Assembly: GCA_040880425.1 (NCBI GenBank) | Contig: JBBDIL010000020.1 | Span: 23,312-87,311, forward strand | Direction: 5' to 3' | Source of the DNA: Burkholderiales bacterium | GTDB lineage: Bacteria > Pseudomonadota > Gammaproteobacteria > Burkholderiales > Eutrophovitaceae | Length of the DNA stretch: 64,000 bases | In this document: one piece after another, positions 7,938 to 21,460 of the stretch | How positions within the stretch are numbered: the stretch's first letter is position 1 | Layout: the number at the start of each line of letters is the position of its first letter | Position numbers and translations under genes: made by a program | Notes under the pieces: generated by a model | What the model was told of the DNA's origin: nothing | Seen by the model: only the letters and a program-made list of their open reading frames with translations | Database searches by the model: none

Positions 7938-10370
7938 TTAAACATCTGCATGCGCAGATGCGTGCGACGCATCGGGTTTCCAGCGTTTCAGCATGAGCGA
8001 GTTCGTCACCACCGATACCGAGGACAATGCCATCGCTGCACCGGCAATGACCGGGTTGAGCAGGCCGAAAGCCGCCAGCGGAATGCCGAGCACGTTGTAG
8101 AAGAACGCGAAGAACAGGTTCTGGCGGATTTTTCCGAGCGTGGCCCGCGACAGCCGGATTGCATCCGCCACGCTCGCCAGGTCGTTGCGCATGAGTGTCA
8201 CGTCTGCAGCCTCGATGGCGATATCCGAACCGGCGGCAATGGCGAAACTGACGTCGGCAGCCGCCAGCGCCGGCGCATCGTTGATACCGTCGCCGGCCAT
8301 GCCGACCAGCCGGCCCGTCTGCTTCAGGCGGTTCACTTCGGCGGCCTTGTCGGCCGGCAGCACCTCTGCGCGGAAATCGGCAATGCCGAGCTGGCCGGCA
8401 ATGGCGGCCGCGGTTGCGCGGTTGTCTCCGGTCATCATCGTCACCTCGACGCCCATGGACTTGAAGCGGGAAACCGCGGCAGCCGAGGAAGGACGGGGTT
8501 GATCCGCGATTCCGAAATAAGCCAAGGGTGCCTGGGCGGCTGCCAGAACCGCGACGGTTTTGCCGCTGCCTGCGAGCCGGGCAACGGTGTCCTGGTCGAG
8601 GACGATACCGCGTGCGCGCAGGAAACCGGGTGACCCGAGCAGCAGCGCGCGGCCTTCGACGCGCCCGCTTACGCCCATTCCGGCTTCGGCTTTGAATTCC
8701 GAAACCGGTGGCAGGCTGAGGCCGTTGGCGTCAGCGCGTGCCAGCACTGCCTGTGCCAGCGGATGTTCGGAGTGCTGTTCCAGCGCTGCCGCCAGCCGCA
8801 ACATGTCGCGCTCATCATGGCCGGCCGTGGCAATGACATCCGTGACGGCCGGTTTTCCCATCGTGAGCGTGCCGGTCTTGTCCACCACCAGCACACGGAT
8901 CTTCTCCGCGCGTTCCAGTGCACCCGCGCTGCGGAACAGAATGCCGGACTGGGCGCCGCGCCCGGTGCCGACCATGATCGCAGTCGGCGTCGCCAGTCCG
9001 AGCGCACAGGGGCAGGCGATCACCAGCACGGCCACTGCGCTGATCAGCGCCTGCGGGAAATTGCCCGCAAACGCCCACCACGAAATAAAGGTCAGCACGG
9101 CGATCGATACCACGACCGGCACGAACACGCCCGACACGCGATCCGCAAGCCGCTGGATCGGCGCGCGGCTCGCCTGCGCATCCTCCACCAGCCGCACGAT
9201 CTCGGCGAGCTGGGTCTGGCTGCCCACGCCGGTGGCGCGCAGGCGCAGCGCCCCGGACTGGTTCTGGGTCGCGGCGTAGACGCGGCTGCCGGTGCGTTTT
9301 CCCACCGGCATGCTTTCGCCGGTGAGCATGCTTTCGTCGACGCTGGAATCGCCATCGATGACTTCGCCGTCCACTGCGATGCGCTCACCGGGTCTTGCGA
9401 TCACCACGTCGCCCGGAACCACTGCCGCGAGGTCGACTTCCTCCACGCGGCCGTTGCGTTCGACGCGGGCACGCTTCGGTTGCAGCTGCAGGAGCTGTTC
9501 GATGGCTGCCGACGTGCGCCCCTTGGCGCGCGCCTCCAGCAGTTTGCCCATCAGCACCAGGGTGATGATGACGGCGCTCGCTTCGAAATAGACGTGCTGC
9601 TCGTGCAGACCGAATATCGTGACGACTGCGCTGAAGAGCCACGCCATGGAAGTACCGAGCGCGACCAGCACGTCCATGTTCGCGCCGCCGCCGCGCAGCG
9701 CGTGCCATGCACCGATATAGAAGCGCTTGCCGATCCAGAACTGCACCGGCGTCGCAAACAGCATCTGCAGCCAGCGCGGCACCCATTCGACATGCTGACC
9801 GACCAGCATCGGCAGCATTCCCGCTACCAGCGGTGCACTCAGTGCCGCGGCAATCCAGAACCGGCGCAGTTCCCGCCGGTAGGTTTCGGCGTGGCGCGCC
9901 TTCTCGGCTGCCCGCGATCCTTCGGCGAGTTCGTGCGCGTCGTAACCTGCCTTGCGCACCACCGCGATCAACGCAGACAGATCGGTTGCGCCGGGGGGGA
10001 AATGCACCCGGGCGCGTTCGGTCGCCAGGTTCACGGTTGCGTTCACACCCGGCAGCGCGTTCAGCGCCTTCTCGATGCGGCCTGCGCACGCGGCACAGGT
10101 CATCCCTGAAAGTCCCAGTTCCACGGTCTGTGGCGGCACCCCATAGCCGGTCTTTTCGATGGTGCGCACCAGCGCGTCGGCTGGCGTCTGCGCCGGATCG
10201 AACAGCACCCGGGCGCGTTCGGTGGCGAAACTGACCGAGGCGGAAACCCCGGGCAGCTGGTTCAGTGCTCCCTGGATGCGGTTGGCGCACGCGGCGCAGG
10301 TCATGCCTTCGATGGGCAAATCGAGGTTGCGTGCGCCGGGGGCTGCAGATGGGCTGTTCATGCTGAGCAC
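7938..10370 (-). CDS. copA: Copper-translocating P1B-type ATPase
   Basis: Two N-terminal HMA domains (GMTCAAC twice), a CPC motif, DKTGTLT, and GDGINDAP. The start is either GTG 10370 or ATG 10361. Confidence 0.9.
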   Translation of the reverse strand: MLSMNSPSAAPGARNLDLPIEGMTCAACANRIQGALNQLPGVSASVSFATERARVLFDPAQTPADALVRTIEKTGYGVPPQTVELGLSGMTCAACAGRIEKALNALPGVNATVNLATERARVHFPPGATDLSALIAVVRKAGYDAHELAEGSRAAEKARHAETYRRELRRFWIAAALSAPLVAGMLPMLVGQHVEWVPRWLQMLFATPVQFWIGKRFYIGAWHALRGGGANMDVLVALGTSMAWLFSAVVTIFGLHEQHVYFEASAVIITLVLMGKLLEARAKGRTSAAIEQLLQLQPKRARVERNGRVEEVDLAAVVPGDVVIARPGERIAVDGEVIDGDSSVDESMLTGESMPVGKRTGSRVYAATQNQSGALRLRATGVGSQTQLAEIVRLVEDAQASRAPIQRLADRVSGVFVPVVVSIAVLTFISWWAFAGNFPQALISAVAVLVIACPCALGLATPTAIMVGTGRGAQSGILFRSAGALERAEKIRVLVVDKTGTLTMGKPAVTDVIATAGHDERDMLRLAAALEQHSEHPLAQAVLARADANGLSLPPVSEFKAEAGMGVSGRVEGRALLLGSPGFLRARGIVLDQDTVARLAGSGKTVAVLAAAQAPLAYFGIADQPRPSSAAAVSRFKSMGVEVTMMTGDNRATAAAIAGQLGIADFRAEVLPADKAAEVNRLKQTGRLVGMAGDGINDAPALAAADVSFAIAAGSDIAIEAADVTLMRNDLASVADAIRLSRATLGKIRQNLFFAFFYNVLGIPLAAFGLLNPVIAGAAMALSSVSVVTNSLMLKRWKPDASHASAHADV

Positions 10371-10373
10371 AAT

Positions 10374-10392
10374 AATACCCCATAGGGGTATT
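10374..10392. promoter_or_regulatory. Candidate CsoR operator AATACCCC-ATA-GGGGTATT inside the copA promoter
   Basis: Perfect 8-bp inverted repeat with C4/G4 tracts, as in known CsoR operators. On the minus strand it lies between TTGACT (-35) and TATTAT (10377..10372). Confidence 0.6.
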
Positions 10393-10587
10393 AGTCAAGA
10401 GCGGAAAGGGGTTGCCAAAGCGATCGGGCTTTGCGGGCCGCGGGAAGGCAGACGGTTCCGGGGAAAGGCTGTATTCGGGCTGACGTGCGGGTGGCGGGAC
10501 GGGTGGACCGCTGGGGTTTCTGCGCGGATCGCACCATCGCAGGCCGCGTTTCGTTCGTCGTCTATTGCCGGCTTGCGCGGGCCGCCA

Positions 10588-12555
<1,968 letters not shown>

Positions 12556-12590
12556 TTTGTACGAAAGGGTTCCCGGCCACGTATGCGTGG

Positions 12591-14096
12591 CTACTCGGGT
12601 CGCATGTGCGGAAACAGGATCACATCGCGGATCGACGGACTGTTGGTGAGCAGCATCACCAGCCGGTCGATGCCGATGCCTTCTCCGGCAGCCGGAGGCA
12701 GGCCGTATTCGAGTGCGCGAATGTAATCGGCGTCGTAGTGCATTGCTTCCTGGTCTCCCGCGTCCTTCTGCTGCGCCTGTTCGCGAAAGCGCTCGGCCTG
12801 GTCCTCCGGATCGTTCAGCTCGGAAAAACCGTTCGCGATCTCGCGTCCGGCGATGTACAGCTCGAAGCGGTCCGTGACGTCCGGGTTGGTCTCGCTGCGG
12901 CGGGCGAGCGGCGATACCTCTGCCGGGTACTCGACGATGAAGGTCGGCTGCACCAGAAGCTGCTCGGTCGTCGCCTCAAACAGGCTGAGTTGCAGGCCGC
13001 CAAGGCCGTCCTCGGGTTTGAACGCGATTTCACGCCGGCCGAATTCCGATACCAGGAACTTGCGGTCGTTCAACTGCTCCACCGAATACTCCGGGTGATA
13101 CTTGCGGATCGCCTCGACAATCGTCAGCCGGTCAAAGGGTTCTCCCAATTCTATGGTGTCACCCTGGTATTCGATGCGGGTGGTATCCAGTACCGCGCGG
13201 CATACCGTGGCCAGCAGGCGCTCGGTCAGGCTCATCAGGTAGCGGTAATCCTGATGCGCCTCGTAGAACTCGAGCATGGTGAATTCAGGGTTGTGGCGCG
13301 TGGAAATGCCTTCGTTGCGGAAGTTGCGGTTGATCTCGAACACCTTCTCGAATCCGCCGACCACCAGCCGCTTGAGGTACAGCTCCGGGGCGATGCGAAG
13401 GTACAGATTCATGTCCAGCGCGTTGTGGTGCGTGACGAAAGGCCGGGCGCTGGCGCCGCCCGGAATCGGCTGCATCATCGGCGTCTCGACTTCGAGGTAG
13501 CGCTCGGCCACGAAGAACTCGCGGATTGCCTGGATCACGCGCGAACGCAGCAGAAACGTACGCCGTGTATCTTCGCTGACGATGAGATCGACATAACGCT
13601 GGCGGTATTTCTGTTCCTGGTCCGCGAGGCCGTGAAACTTCTCCGGCAGCGGTCGCAGCGACTTGGTGAGCAGGCGAATGCGCGTCACTTTCACCGTGAG
13701 CTCACCGGTGCGGGTTTTGAACAGCGTGCCCTCGGCACCGAGGATGTCGCCCAGATCCCAGTGCTTGAAGGCGGCGTGCGATGCCTCGCCGATGGCATCG
13801 TTGCTGACATAGAGCTGGATGCGCCCGGACATGTCCTGCAGCGTGGCGAAGCTTGCCTTGCCCATCACCCGTTTCAGCATCATGCGCCCGGCAACGATGA
13901 CTGCGACCGGCGCAGCCTCCAGCGCCTCGTTGCTGCTGGCGCCGTGTTCGCCGTGCAGGTCCGCGGCGAGGTGTTCGCGGCGGAAATCGTTCGGAAAGGC
14001 ATTGCCCGTGGCACGCAGTTCGCGCAGCTTGGCGCGCCGCTCCTCGATGATCTGGTTGCTGTCGAGCGGCTGCGTGGTGTCGTTGTTGTCGTTCAT
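12591..14096 (-). CDS. lysS: Lysyl-tRNA synthetase, class II
   Basis: The 501-aa protein resembles LysS end to end ([24 protein letters not shown]). It lies downstream of prfB, as in E. coli. Confidence 0.95.
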   Translation of the reverse strand: MNDNNDTTQPLDSNQIIEERRAKLRELRATGNAFPNDFRREHLAADLHGEHGASSNEALEAAPVAVIVAGRMMLKRVMGKASFATLQDMSGRIQLYVSNDAIGEASHAAFKHWDLGDILGAEGTLFKTRTGELTVKVTRIRLLTKSLRPLPEKFHGLADQEQKYRQRYVDLIVSEDTRRTFLLRSRVIQAIREFFVAERYLEVETPMMQPIPGGASARPFVTHHNALDMNLYLRIAPELYLKRLVVGGFEKVFEINRNFRNEGISTRHNPEFTMLEFYEAHQDYRYLMSLTERLLATVCRAVLDTTRIEYQGDTIELGEPFDRLTIVEAIRKYHPEYSVEQLNDRKFLVSEFGRREIAFKPEDGLGGLQLSLFEATTEQLLVQPTFIVEYPAEVSPLARRSETNPDVTDRFELYIAGREIANGFSELNDPEDQAERFREQAQQKDAGDQEAMHYDADYIRALEYGLPPAAGEGIGIDRLVMLLTNSPSIRDVILFPHMRPE

Positions 14097-14115
14097 TGGA
14101 ATGGCGCTCCGCGCC

Positions 14116-15220
14116 TTATACGCCCTGTTTCAGGCTCGCCTGTATGAAAGGATCCAGGTCGCCGTCCAGCACGGCCTGGGTATTGCCGATCTCGACATTG
14201 GTGCGCAGGTCCTTGATCCGCGACTGATCGAGCACATAGGAGCGGATCTGGTGGCCCCAGCCGATATCGCTCTTGGCGTCCTCCAGCTTCTGCTTTTCCG
14301 CTTCGCGCTTGCGCAGCTCCAGTTCGAACAGCCGCGACTTCAGCATCGCCATCGCCTCGGCGCGATTCTTGTGCTGCGAGCGGCCGGCCTGGCACTGGAC
14401 CACGACTCCGGTGGGCAAATGCGTGATACGTACGGCCGAGTCGGTGCGGTTGACGTGCTGGCCGCCGGCGCCGCTGGCGCGATAGGTGTCGATGCGCAGG
14501 TCCACCGGATTGATGTCGACCTCGATCGATTCGTCCACCTCCGGGTAGATGAAAACGCTGGCAAACGAAGTGTGCCGGCGCGCGTTGGAATCGAAAGGGG
14601 ATTTTCGCACCAGCCGGTGCACGCCGGTCTCGGTGCGCAGGGTGCCATAAGCATGGTCGCCCGTGACCTTGAGCACCGCGCTCTTGATGCCGGCTACTTC
14701 GGCCGGAGACTCTTCCAGCACCTCCACATCGAAGCCTTTGCGTTCGCAATAGCGCAGGTACATGCGTTCCAGCATCGCCGCCCAGTCCTGCGCTTCGGTA
14801 CCGCCGGTGCCGGACTGGATGTCGACGAAGCAGTTGCTCGGATCCATCGGATTGGAGAACATCCGGCGGAACTCCATCGTCGATACCGTCTTTTCGATCG
14901 AATCCAGATCGTTTTCGATCGCTGCCAGGGTGGCTTCGTCGTCTTCCGCGCGCGCGATCTCGAACAGTTCGCCGGCATCGCGCAGCCCGCTGTCCATCCG
15001 TTCGACGTTCAGTACCACGTCCTCCAGCGCCTTGCGTTCGCGCCCGATATCCTGCGCGCGTTTCGGGTCGTTCCAGATGTCGGGATCCTCGGTCAGCCGG
15101 ACGACTTCCGTCAGCCGGTCGTGTTTGGCATCGAAGTCAAAGATACCTCCGAATATCCCGGGCCCGCTGTCCGAGGTTCTCGATGCGGCCTTCAATCGCG
15201 TTCAGGCGTTCTGCGTCCAT
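14116..15220 (-). CDS. prfB: Peptide chain release factor 2, with programmed +1 frameshift
   Basis: Frame 0 runs from ATG 15220: [27 protein letters not shown], then an in-frame TGA (15139..15137) in the context GGAGG TAT CTT TGA C. A +1 shift joins DFDAKHDRL... and the rest of RF2, which carries the SPF and GGQ motifs. Confidence 0.95.
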
Positions 15221-15270
15221 TTGATTGTCCTGCATGAAAGCTGCGAATTCTAACCGAACCGCGTCCTGAT

Positions 15271-16527
15271 TCAGAGCAGCAGCAGTGCAGCCACCAGGCC
15301 GGCCGACACCGACGCGATGCCGATTCCGCAGCGCCAGAACAGCGCGCTGCCGCCCGCAACGCGGACCATCCCCAGCTTGAAGGCATTGTTGGCAAGAATT
15401 GCCAGAACCACGGCGGTCAGTGCCACCTCTGTCGACACCCGTTCAGCGAGGTACAGCCGCAGCGTGGAAAGTGTGATGGCGTCGACATCGGTCAACCCCG
15501 ACGCGAGTGCCACCGCATACAGTCCGGCGGACCCGGCGATGTCCGACAGCCATGCCGCCAGCAGCAGGACCACTGCGTATACCACGGCGAAGGTGAGCGC
15601 CGTGCGTAACTCGGTCGGGTTCTTGATGTCGGGCATCGGCGGTTCACCAACGCCGCCACCGCGCTTGTACAGATAGGCGAGACTGAGCAGGCCGGCGACG
15701 AATCCCGTGCCCAGCACCGGCACCAGCGAAGCCAGCAGCGACGGTGCGAGCACGCCCGTCAGCAGCGTCAGGCGGAGCATCAGCACCATGTTGGCCAGCA
15801 CGATGACGATGACGGCAAGGTTGCGCAGGGCCGGTTTGCTGCCTCCGTAGCGGGAATAGACCAGCGTGGTGGCGGTACTCGACACCATGCCGCCGAAGAA
15901 CCCGAGCAGCGGCGCGCCATGCCGCGCGCCAACCGCGCGCAACGCGACATAGCCTGCGAGGCTGACTCCCGAGATCAGCACCACGATGATCCACAGTTCG
16001 CGTGGATTGAGCACGTCGTAAGGGCCGTAGGTACGATCCGGCAGGATCGGCAGCACGATGAACATCAGCACACCGAACTGCAGCACCGAGATGAGGTCGC
16101 GCCGGTCCAGCCCCTGGGTGAAGCCGCGCAGTTCCGGCTTGAAATACAGGAGCATTACCGTGACCATCGCCAGCATCACCGCCGGTTGTGCATAGCCATA
16201 CCAGACCATTGCCGCCAGACCGTAGCAGACGAGTACCGCCGCCACCGTGGTGGTGCCAGGCTCGGGTTCCTCCTGCTGCACATAGGCGGCGATCATCATC
16301 GCGCCGACCAGGACCAGCCCCGCCGCCAGCGGCAGAGCAGAGCCGGCGTGCTCGGAAAGGAAGGCGGCCAGCGCACCGAACAAGGCCACCAGCGCAAAGG
16401 TCCGCAGACCGGCCTTGGCACCCGGGTGGCGCTCGCGTTCCAGTCCGATCAGAAGTCCGATCGCGAGTGCGGTCGCGAACGCCGGCAAGCGTTCCAGGTC
16501 GGTGCCCTGCAGCCAGGAAATCTCCAT
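15271..16527 (-). CDS. MgtC/SapB-family plus DUF4010 integral membrane protein
   Basis: A 418-aa polytopic protein. The N-terminus (AIGLLIGLERERH) is typical of MgtC/DUF4010 proteins. Confidence 0.65.
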   Translation of the reverse strand: MEISWLQGTDLERLPAFATALAIGLLIGLERERHPGAKAGLRTFALVALFGALAAFLSEHAGSALPLAAGLVLVGAMMIAAYVQQEEPEPGTTTVAAVLVCYGLAAMVWYGYAQPAVMLAMVTVMLLYFKPELRGFTQGLDRRDLISVLQFGVLMFIVLPILPDRTYGPYDVLNPRELWIIVVLISGVSLAGYVALRAVGARHGAPLLGFFGGMVSSTATTLVYSRYGGSKPALRNLAVIVIVLANMVLMLRLTLLTGVLAPSLLASLVPVLGTGFVAGLLSLAYLYKRGGGVGEPPMPDIKNPTELRTALTFAVVYAVVLLLAAWLSDIAGSAGLYAVALASGLTDVDAITLSTLRLYLAERVSTEVALTAVVLAILANNAFKLGMVRVAGGSALFWRCGIGIASVSAGLVAALLLL

Positions 16528-16535
16528 ATGCGCGT

Positions 16536-18245
16536 TCAGCCCCTTTCCGCCTTACACCACTGGATGATGAGTTGCGGCGTTCTCGCGCCGTTGTATTCGT
16601 TTGCCTGCAGCCTGTAAACCGCCTGCACCCGTGGCGACAGCGATGCCGTCTCGCCGAAGCGCATGGCGTCGATCGCCTGCCGGCTGCCCGGCTGGCTCAG
16701 CCGCAGCTTGAGGTGTTTGCCGCCCACCACGCGCTGATCGACCACTTCGAAGCTGTTGCAGAACAGGGGCTCGGGAAATCCCTGTCCCCAGACCTGTGCG
16801 GCCAGCAGGTCGGCGACCGGGAGCGAGACTTCTCCCGGAGCCAGCGCGCCGTCGGTTTCGATCAGCTGCTCGAGGTCTGCAGGCCCGACGAGCTCTTTGA
16901 CCACCGATTCGAACGCCTCGCCGAAGCGCGCGACGTCCGTCTGCGCCACGCTCAGTCCGGCGGCGGCAGCGTGACCGCCAAAGCGCAGAATCAGGCCGGG
17001 CTCGCGTTTCGCCACCAGGTCCAGCGCGTCGCGCAGGTGCAGGCCGCGGATCGAACGACCGGATCCCTTGGCCTCGCCGTCGTTTCCGGGCGCGAAAGCA
17101 ATGACCGGGCGATGAAAGCGTTCGCGCAAGCGCGCCGCCAGGATGCCGATCACGCCCGGGTGCCAGGCCGCATCGAACAGGGACAGACTGTATCGATCGC
17201 CGACCTCGATCTTACCGGCGATTGCCAGTGCGCTTTCCTGCATGTCCTGCTCGATCTCCCGGCGTTCACGATTGAGCGCATCCAGCTGTGCCGCGAGTTC
17301 TCCGGCACGCGCGGCATCCTGCGCAAGCAGGCATTCGATTCCCAGCGACATGTCGGTGAGTCGTCCCGCCGCGTTCAGGCGCGGCCCGGCGACGAAACCG
17401 AGATCGTAGGCCGAGGCCCTCGCGCAATCGCGCCCCGCGACCGTGAACAATGCGGCAATGCCGGGGCGTACGCGTCCGGCGCGAATGCGCTTCAGTCCCT
17501 GCGACACCAGCATGCGGTTGTTGTCGTCCAGGCGCACGACATCCGCCACCGTTCCTAGCGCAACCAGGTCGAGGGCTTCGGCCAGGTTCGGTTCACTACG
17601 GGTGGCGAACCAGTCGCGCCCGCGCAGGCATGCGCGCAACGCGCTCAGAACATAGAACATGACGCCGACGCCTGCCAGGTGCTTGCTCGGAAAGCCGCAG
17701 CCGGACTGGTTCGGGTTGACGATGCAGGCCGCGTCCGGCAACTGCGCGCCGGGCAGGTGGTGATCGGTGATCAGCACCCGCATGCCGCGATGGTTGGCGG
17801 CTGCGACGCCTTCGACGCTGGCGATACCGTTGTCCACCGTGATCAGCCAGTCGGGCGTGCGGCTGGCGGCGAGCTCGACGATCTCCGGAGTCAGGCCGTA
17901 GCCGTACTCGAAGCGATTCGGCACCAGATAATCGACCGTCGCGCCGAGCGCACGCAGCGTCGATACCGCGAGCGCACAGGCGGTCGCGCCGTCGGCGTCG
18001 TAGTCGGCAACGATCAGCAGGCGTTCCTTGCTTTCGATTGCGCTGGCCAGCAGCCCGGCGGCTTCGGTGCAATTCGCGAGCGGCTGGTATGGAAGCATCC
18101 GGTCCAGCGCAAGTTCGAGCCGGCTGGCATCGTCGATGCCGCGCGCGGCGAAAACGCGCGCCAGTACCGGATGCAATCCGCCGGCGAGCAGCGCGCGGTA
18201 TGCGGACTGCGGCACCGGCCGCTCGGCGATGCGCGGCGAGTTCAT
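16536..18245 (-). CDS. recJ: Single-stranded-DNA-specific exonuclease RecJ
   Basis: The DHH/DHHA1 family sequence begins at MNSPRIAERP (ATG 18245). Motifs include DYDADGATA, DHH and GGHAAAAG. The 771-aa track ORF is an artefactual 5' extension. Confidence 0.9.
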   Translation of the reverse strand: MNSPRIAERPVPQSAYRALLAGGLHPVLARVFAARGIDDASRLELALDRMLPYQPLANCTEAAGLLASAIESKERLLIVADYDADGATACALAVSTLRALGATVDYLVPNRFEYGYGLTPEIVELAASRTPDWLITVDNGIASVEGVAAANHRGMRVLITDHHLPGAQLPDAACIVNPNQSGCGFPSKHLAGVGVMFYVLSALRACLRGRDWFATRSEPNLAEALDLVALGTVADVVRLDDNNRMLVSQGLKRIRAGRVRPGIAALFTVAGRDCARASAYDLGFVAGPRLNAAGRLTDMSLGIECLLAQDAARAGELAAQLDALNRERREIEQDMQESALAIAGKIEVGDRYSLSLFDAAWHPGVIGILAARLRERFHRPVIAFAPGNDGEAKGSGRSIRGLHLRDALDLVAKREPGLILRFGGHAAAAGLSVAQTDVARFGEAFESVVKELVGPADLEQLIETDGALAPGEVSLPVADLLAAQVWGQGFPEPLFCNSFEVVDQRVVGGKHLKLRLSQPGSRQAIDAMRFGETASLSPRVQAVYRLQANEYNGARTPQLIIQWCKAERG

Positions 18246-19288
18246 GCGTCGGGCTGCGGCGATTCCAGCAGCGATGCGATCGAACGCGGCCGCCGCCACA
18301 CACGCCAGGCGGCGCGTCCGTTTACCGTGCACTCGAGCATGCCGGACGGCAGCTCGCATGCGAACCGCAACTGCCGCACCACGTCCGTGCGCAGGGCTGC
18401 CCACGCCTGCGCGATCCAGTTCCGCTCCAGCGACCGGAGCGCGTCGGACGCGCTGTCGCCATCCGCTGGCGCCAGCAGCACCAGCATGCGCTGTGCGGAC
18501 TGCGCGCGAATGGTCGTCACGAGATCTGCGGCATGGCTGCCCGTCTGCAGGTTCGACAGCATCGCCAGCGAGCGTCCCACCGGATCGGCGCCTGCGAACG
18601 CATCGAAATCCGTCGCCGACCGGGGCAGTCTGCCGCCGCCCCACAGCCAGATGGCGTTCACCGGCGCCTCGCCGCGTTCTTCGCGCGCAGCATTCACCGG
18701 GTGCGCATGCAGCAGCATCTGCGCTTCCGTGGCAATACGCATCCAGTACCCGGCATCTTCTCCGCGTGGCAGCAGAGCATCGATATCGCGGCCGCGTGCG
18801 GTCTGCAAGGGCTGGGTGACGAGGCGGCCGGGGTTGCCGGCGCGAACGCACCAGCGTGAAGGCGAAACGTAGGTAAAACGCAGGCCGTCCGTTGCGAAAT
18901 GCTCATCCAGCGCATCGGCCAGCTTGCGGCTTTCGAACTCCCGCAGGGCGATCTCGCGCGCTGATACCAGTATCAGACGCTCATGCCTGACTTGCAGGTG
19001 CACAGGGTCCGCGCACATGCAGAATTCGTTTCCAGGATCGGTGCCGGCGCCCAGCAGCGTCAGGGAGGCAATCGGGTCGTCGTGTCCGGCACCGACGGCG
19101 AAGCGCTGGCACAGCCAGCGGTCGGCGTCGAGGCTCTTCAGGATTCGGGTGTCGCCGCGGGCAAGCATCATTTCGAGCACCGGCAGCCGGGGAACGGCGG
19201 CCTGCGGATCGAAAAAACCTCGGGCGAACAGCGTGAGGGATTGCACGGTTGCGGTCTTGAATTGCGCATCGAGTTTAACACGCGTCAT
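18242..19288 (-). CDS. Conserved protein of unknown function, probably RpfE-type regulatory protein family
   Basis: A 348-aa soluble protein whose stop overlaps the recJ start (ATGA at 18242-18245). The family assignment is from memory of recJ-linked RpfE-like genes and has not been verified. Confidence 0.45.
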   Translation of the reverse strand: MTRVKLDAQFKTATVQSLTLFARGFFDPQAAVPRLPVLEMMLARGDTRILKSLDADRWLCQRFAVGAGHDDPIASLTLLGAGTDPGNEFCMCADPVHLQVRHERLILVSAREIALREFESRKLADALDEHFATDGLRFTYVSPSRWCVRAGNPGRLVTQPLQTARGRDIDALLPRGEDAGYWMRIATEAQMLLHAHPVNAAREERGEAPVNAIWLWGGGRLPRSATDFDAFAGADPVGRSLAMLSNLQTGSHAADLVTTIRAQSAQRMLVLLAPADGDSASDALRSLERNWIAQAWAALRTDVVRQLRFACELPSGMLECTVNGRAAWRVWRRPRSIASLLESPQPDA

Positions 19289-19368
19289 GAACGGCCCGGC
19301 TTAGTCATCGGCCCGGGGATGTGGCAGACTGCGCGGCGAATGAACCACAACCCGCCACCGCCTTCCGC

Positions 19369-20616
19369 ATGCTGACGCCTTACGAGCTGTTTGTCGGTCT
19401 TCGCTATACGCGTGCCAAGCGGCGCAACCATTTCATCTCGTTCATCTCGGTGACATCGATGGCGGGCATCGGGCTTGGCGTCGCGGCGCTGATCGTAGTG
19501 CTGTCGGTGATGAACGGGTTCCAGAAGGAACTGCGCGCCCGCATTCTTGGCGTGGCCTCGCATGTGCAGGTGGTGGGGCTGGGGGCGCCGCTGGACGACT
19601 GGCAGAACGTCCTGCAGCAGGCCTCGCAGCACCCGGACGTCGCCGCGGCGGCGCCTTACGTGATGGCGCAGGGACTGCTTTCGCATCGGCAATCCGTGCA
19701 GGGCACGGTGGTGCGCGGAATCGATCCGGCGGCCGAGGACCGGGTGGCGGATGTCGGCAGGCATATGCGCTACGGGGCGCTGGACGACCTGCAGCCAGGT
19801 GAGTTCCGCGTCGTGCTTGGCAACGAACTCGCACTTTCCCTGGGCGCGCGCGTCGGCGACCGGGTGGTGCTGATTGCACCGCAGGGACAGGTGACGCCGG
19901 CGGGCATCCTTCCGCGTCTGCGACAGTTCACCGTGGCCGGGATCTTCGAAGTCGGCATGTATGAATACGACGCCGGGCTCGCGTTCATCCATATCCGGGA
20001 TGCGCAGCGCCTGTACCGGCTGGATGACAGGGTTTCCGGCGTGCGGCTCAAACTGCGCGAACTGTTCGACGCGCCGCGGGTGGCGCGCGACCTCGCGGCA
20101 CAGCTCGATGACGATGTCTATGTCACCGATTGGACCCGCAGCCATGCCACGTTCTTCAGGGCGGTGCAGATCGAAAAACGCGTGATGTTCATCATCCTGC
20201 TTCTGATCGTGGCGGTGGCGGCATTCAACATCGTGTCGACGCTGGTGATGGCGGTGACCGACAAGCGCGCCGATATCGCGATTCTGCGCACGCTCGGCGC
20301 CGCGCCGCGCGACATCATGAAGATCTTCATCATCCAGGGTTCGCTCATCGGGCTGATCGGAACCATCGTCGGGGTCGCGGCCGGGGTGCTGCTTGCGGTC
20401 AATATCGACGTGCTGGTGCCGGCGATCGAACGGGCGCTCGGCATACAGTTCCTGGCAAAGGACGTTTACTACATCAGCGACCTGCCGTCCGACCTGCATG
20501 CGGTGGATGTTGCGACGGTCGGGATAACGGCGTTCGTGCTCAGTCTGCTGGCCACCATTTATCCCAGCCTGCGTGCTGCCGGCGTCAACCCAGCGGAGGC
20601 GCTGCGCTATGAGTGA
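19369..20616 (+). CDS. lolC: Lipoprotein-releasing ABC transporter permease (LolC/LolE family)
   Basis: The N-terminus ([23 protein letters not shown]) and the FtsX-like C-terminus match the family. I chose ATG 19369. Confidence 0.85.
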   Translation: MLTPYELFVGLRYTRAKRRNHFISFISVTSMAGIGLGVAALIVVLSVMNGFQKELRARILGVASHVQVVGLGAPLDDWQNVLQQASQHPDVAAAAPYVMAQGLLSHRQSVQGTVVRGIDPAAEDRVADVGRHMRYGALDDLQPGEFRVVLGNELALSLGARVGDRVVLIAPQGQVTPAGILPRLRQFTVAGIFEVGMYEYDAGLAFIHIRDAQRLYRLDDRVSGVRLKLRELFDAPRVARDLAAQLDDDVYVTDWTRSHATFFRAVQIEKRVMFIILLLIVAVAAFNIVSTLVMAVTDKRADIAILRTLGAAPRDIMKIFIIQGSLIGLIGTIVGVAAGVLLAVNIDVLVPAIERALGIQFLAKDVYYISDLPSDLHAVDVATVGITAFVLSLLATIYPSLRAAGVNPAEALRYE

Positions 20617-21322
20617 AGCCACCACTATCCCCGGCCGGCCGTACATGGACAGCGTGCTGTCCTGTCGCAACCTGCACAAGACTTTTCGCCAGGGCAGCTA
20701 TGCGGTGCCGGTGCTGGCAGGCGTGGATTTCTCGATCGCGCGTGGCGAGACGGTCGCCATCGTGGGCGCGTCCGGTTCCGGCAAGAGCACGCTGCTGCAT
20801 CTGCTGGGCGGTCTGGATGCGCCGACCGAAGGCCGGGTGAGCGTGCTCGGGCGCGAAATGGAAGCGCTTTCCGAACGCGAGCGTGGACATCTGCGAAACC
20901 ACGCGCTTGGCTTCGTGTACCAGTTCCATCATCTGCTGCCGGAGTTCACCGCGCTGGAGAACGTGGCCATGCCCTTGCTGATCCGGCGGCTCGGCGCGCA
21001 ACAGGCGCGTGACAGGGCGCGGCAAATGCTGGAGAGAGTGGGGCTGGGACCGAGGCTTACACACACGCCCGGCGAACTGTCCGGCGGGGAACGTCAGCGC
21101 GCGGCACTGGCGCGCGCATTGGTGACGGAGCCGGCATGCGTGCTGGCAGACGAACCGACCGGCAACCTCGACCGGCATACCGCCGACGGTGTTCTGGATC
21201 TGATGATGGAACTGAACCGCGAACTGGCCACCAGCCTGATTGTGGTGACCCACGACCAAGCGATCGCCGGCCGCATGCAACGGGTGGTAAGGCTGGAGGA
21301 CGGCAGATTGGGTCTGGACTGA
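20609..21322 (+). CDS. lolD: Lipoprotein-releasing ABC transporter ATP-binding protein
   Basis: Walker [10 protein letters not shown], signature LSGGERQR, Walker [12 protein letters not shown]. The start overlaps the lolC end by 8 nt. Confidence 0.9.
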   Translation: MSEATTIPGRPYMDSVLSCRNLHKTFRQGSYAVPVLAGVDFSIARGETVAIVGASGSGKSTLLHLLGGLDAPTEGRVSVLGREMEALSERERGHLRNHALGFVYQFHHLLPEFTALENVAMPLLIRRLGAQQARDRARQMLERVGLGPRLTHTPGELSGGERQRAALARALVTEPACVLADEPTGNLDRHTADGVLDLMMELNRELATSLIVVTHDQAIAGRMQRVVRLEDGRLGLD

Positions 21323-21460
21323 GGACTGTGCAAAGGCGGGTGCCCAGTGCCGAGAAAGTTCTGATCCATCTCCGGTTTCCTCTGCGTCCTCCGCGTGCTC
21401 TGCGGTGAGGAATTCAAGGCCGGCCTTCGGCCGGCTTACTCAGCCCTCAGTCGTGCAGTC

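Noticed and set aside
16536-18851. Long 5' extensions of track ORFs: recJ as 771 aa, transglutaminase 38842..41229 as 795 aa, DUF2062 22182..23951 as 589 aa, HAD 60415..61467 as 350 aa.
   Set aside because: The extended parts overlap neighbouring real genes in other frames or on the other strand and are Arg/Pro/Ala-rich. The family-like sequence begins at internal ATGs (18245, 40791, 22739, 61086).
21416-21437. A GC-rich hairpin (GCCGGCC-TTC-GGCCGGC) between the convergent lolD and glycosylase genes, considered as a possible bidirectional terminator.
   Set aside because: There is no T-run on either strand. It may still stabilise the 3' ends, but I cannot support it as an intrinsic terminator.
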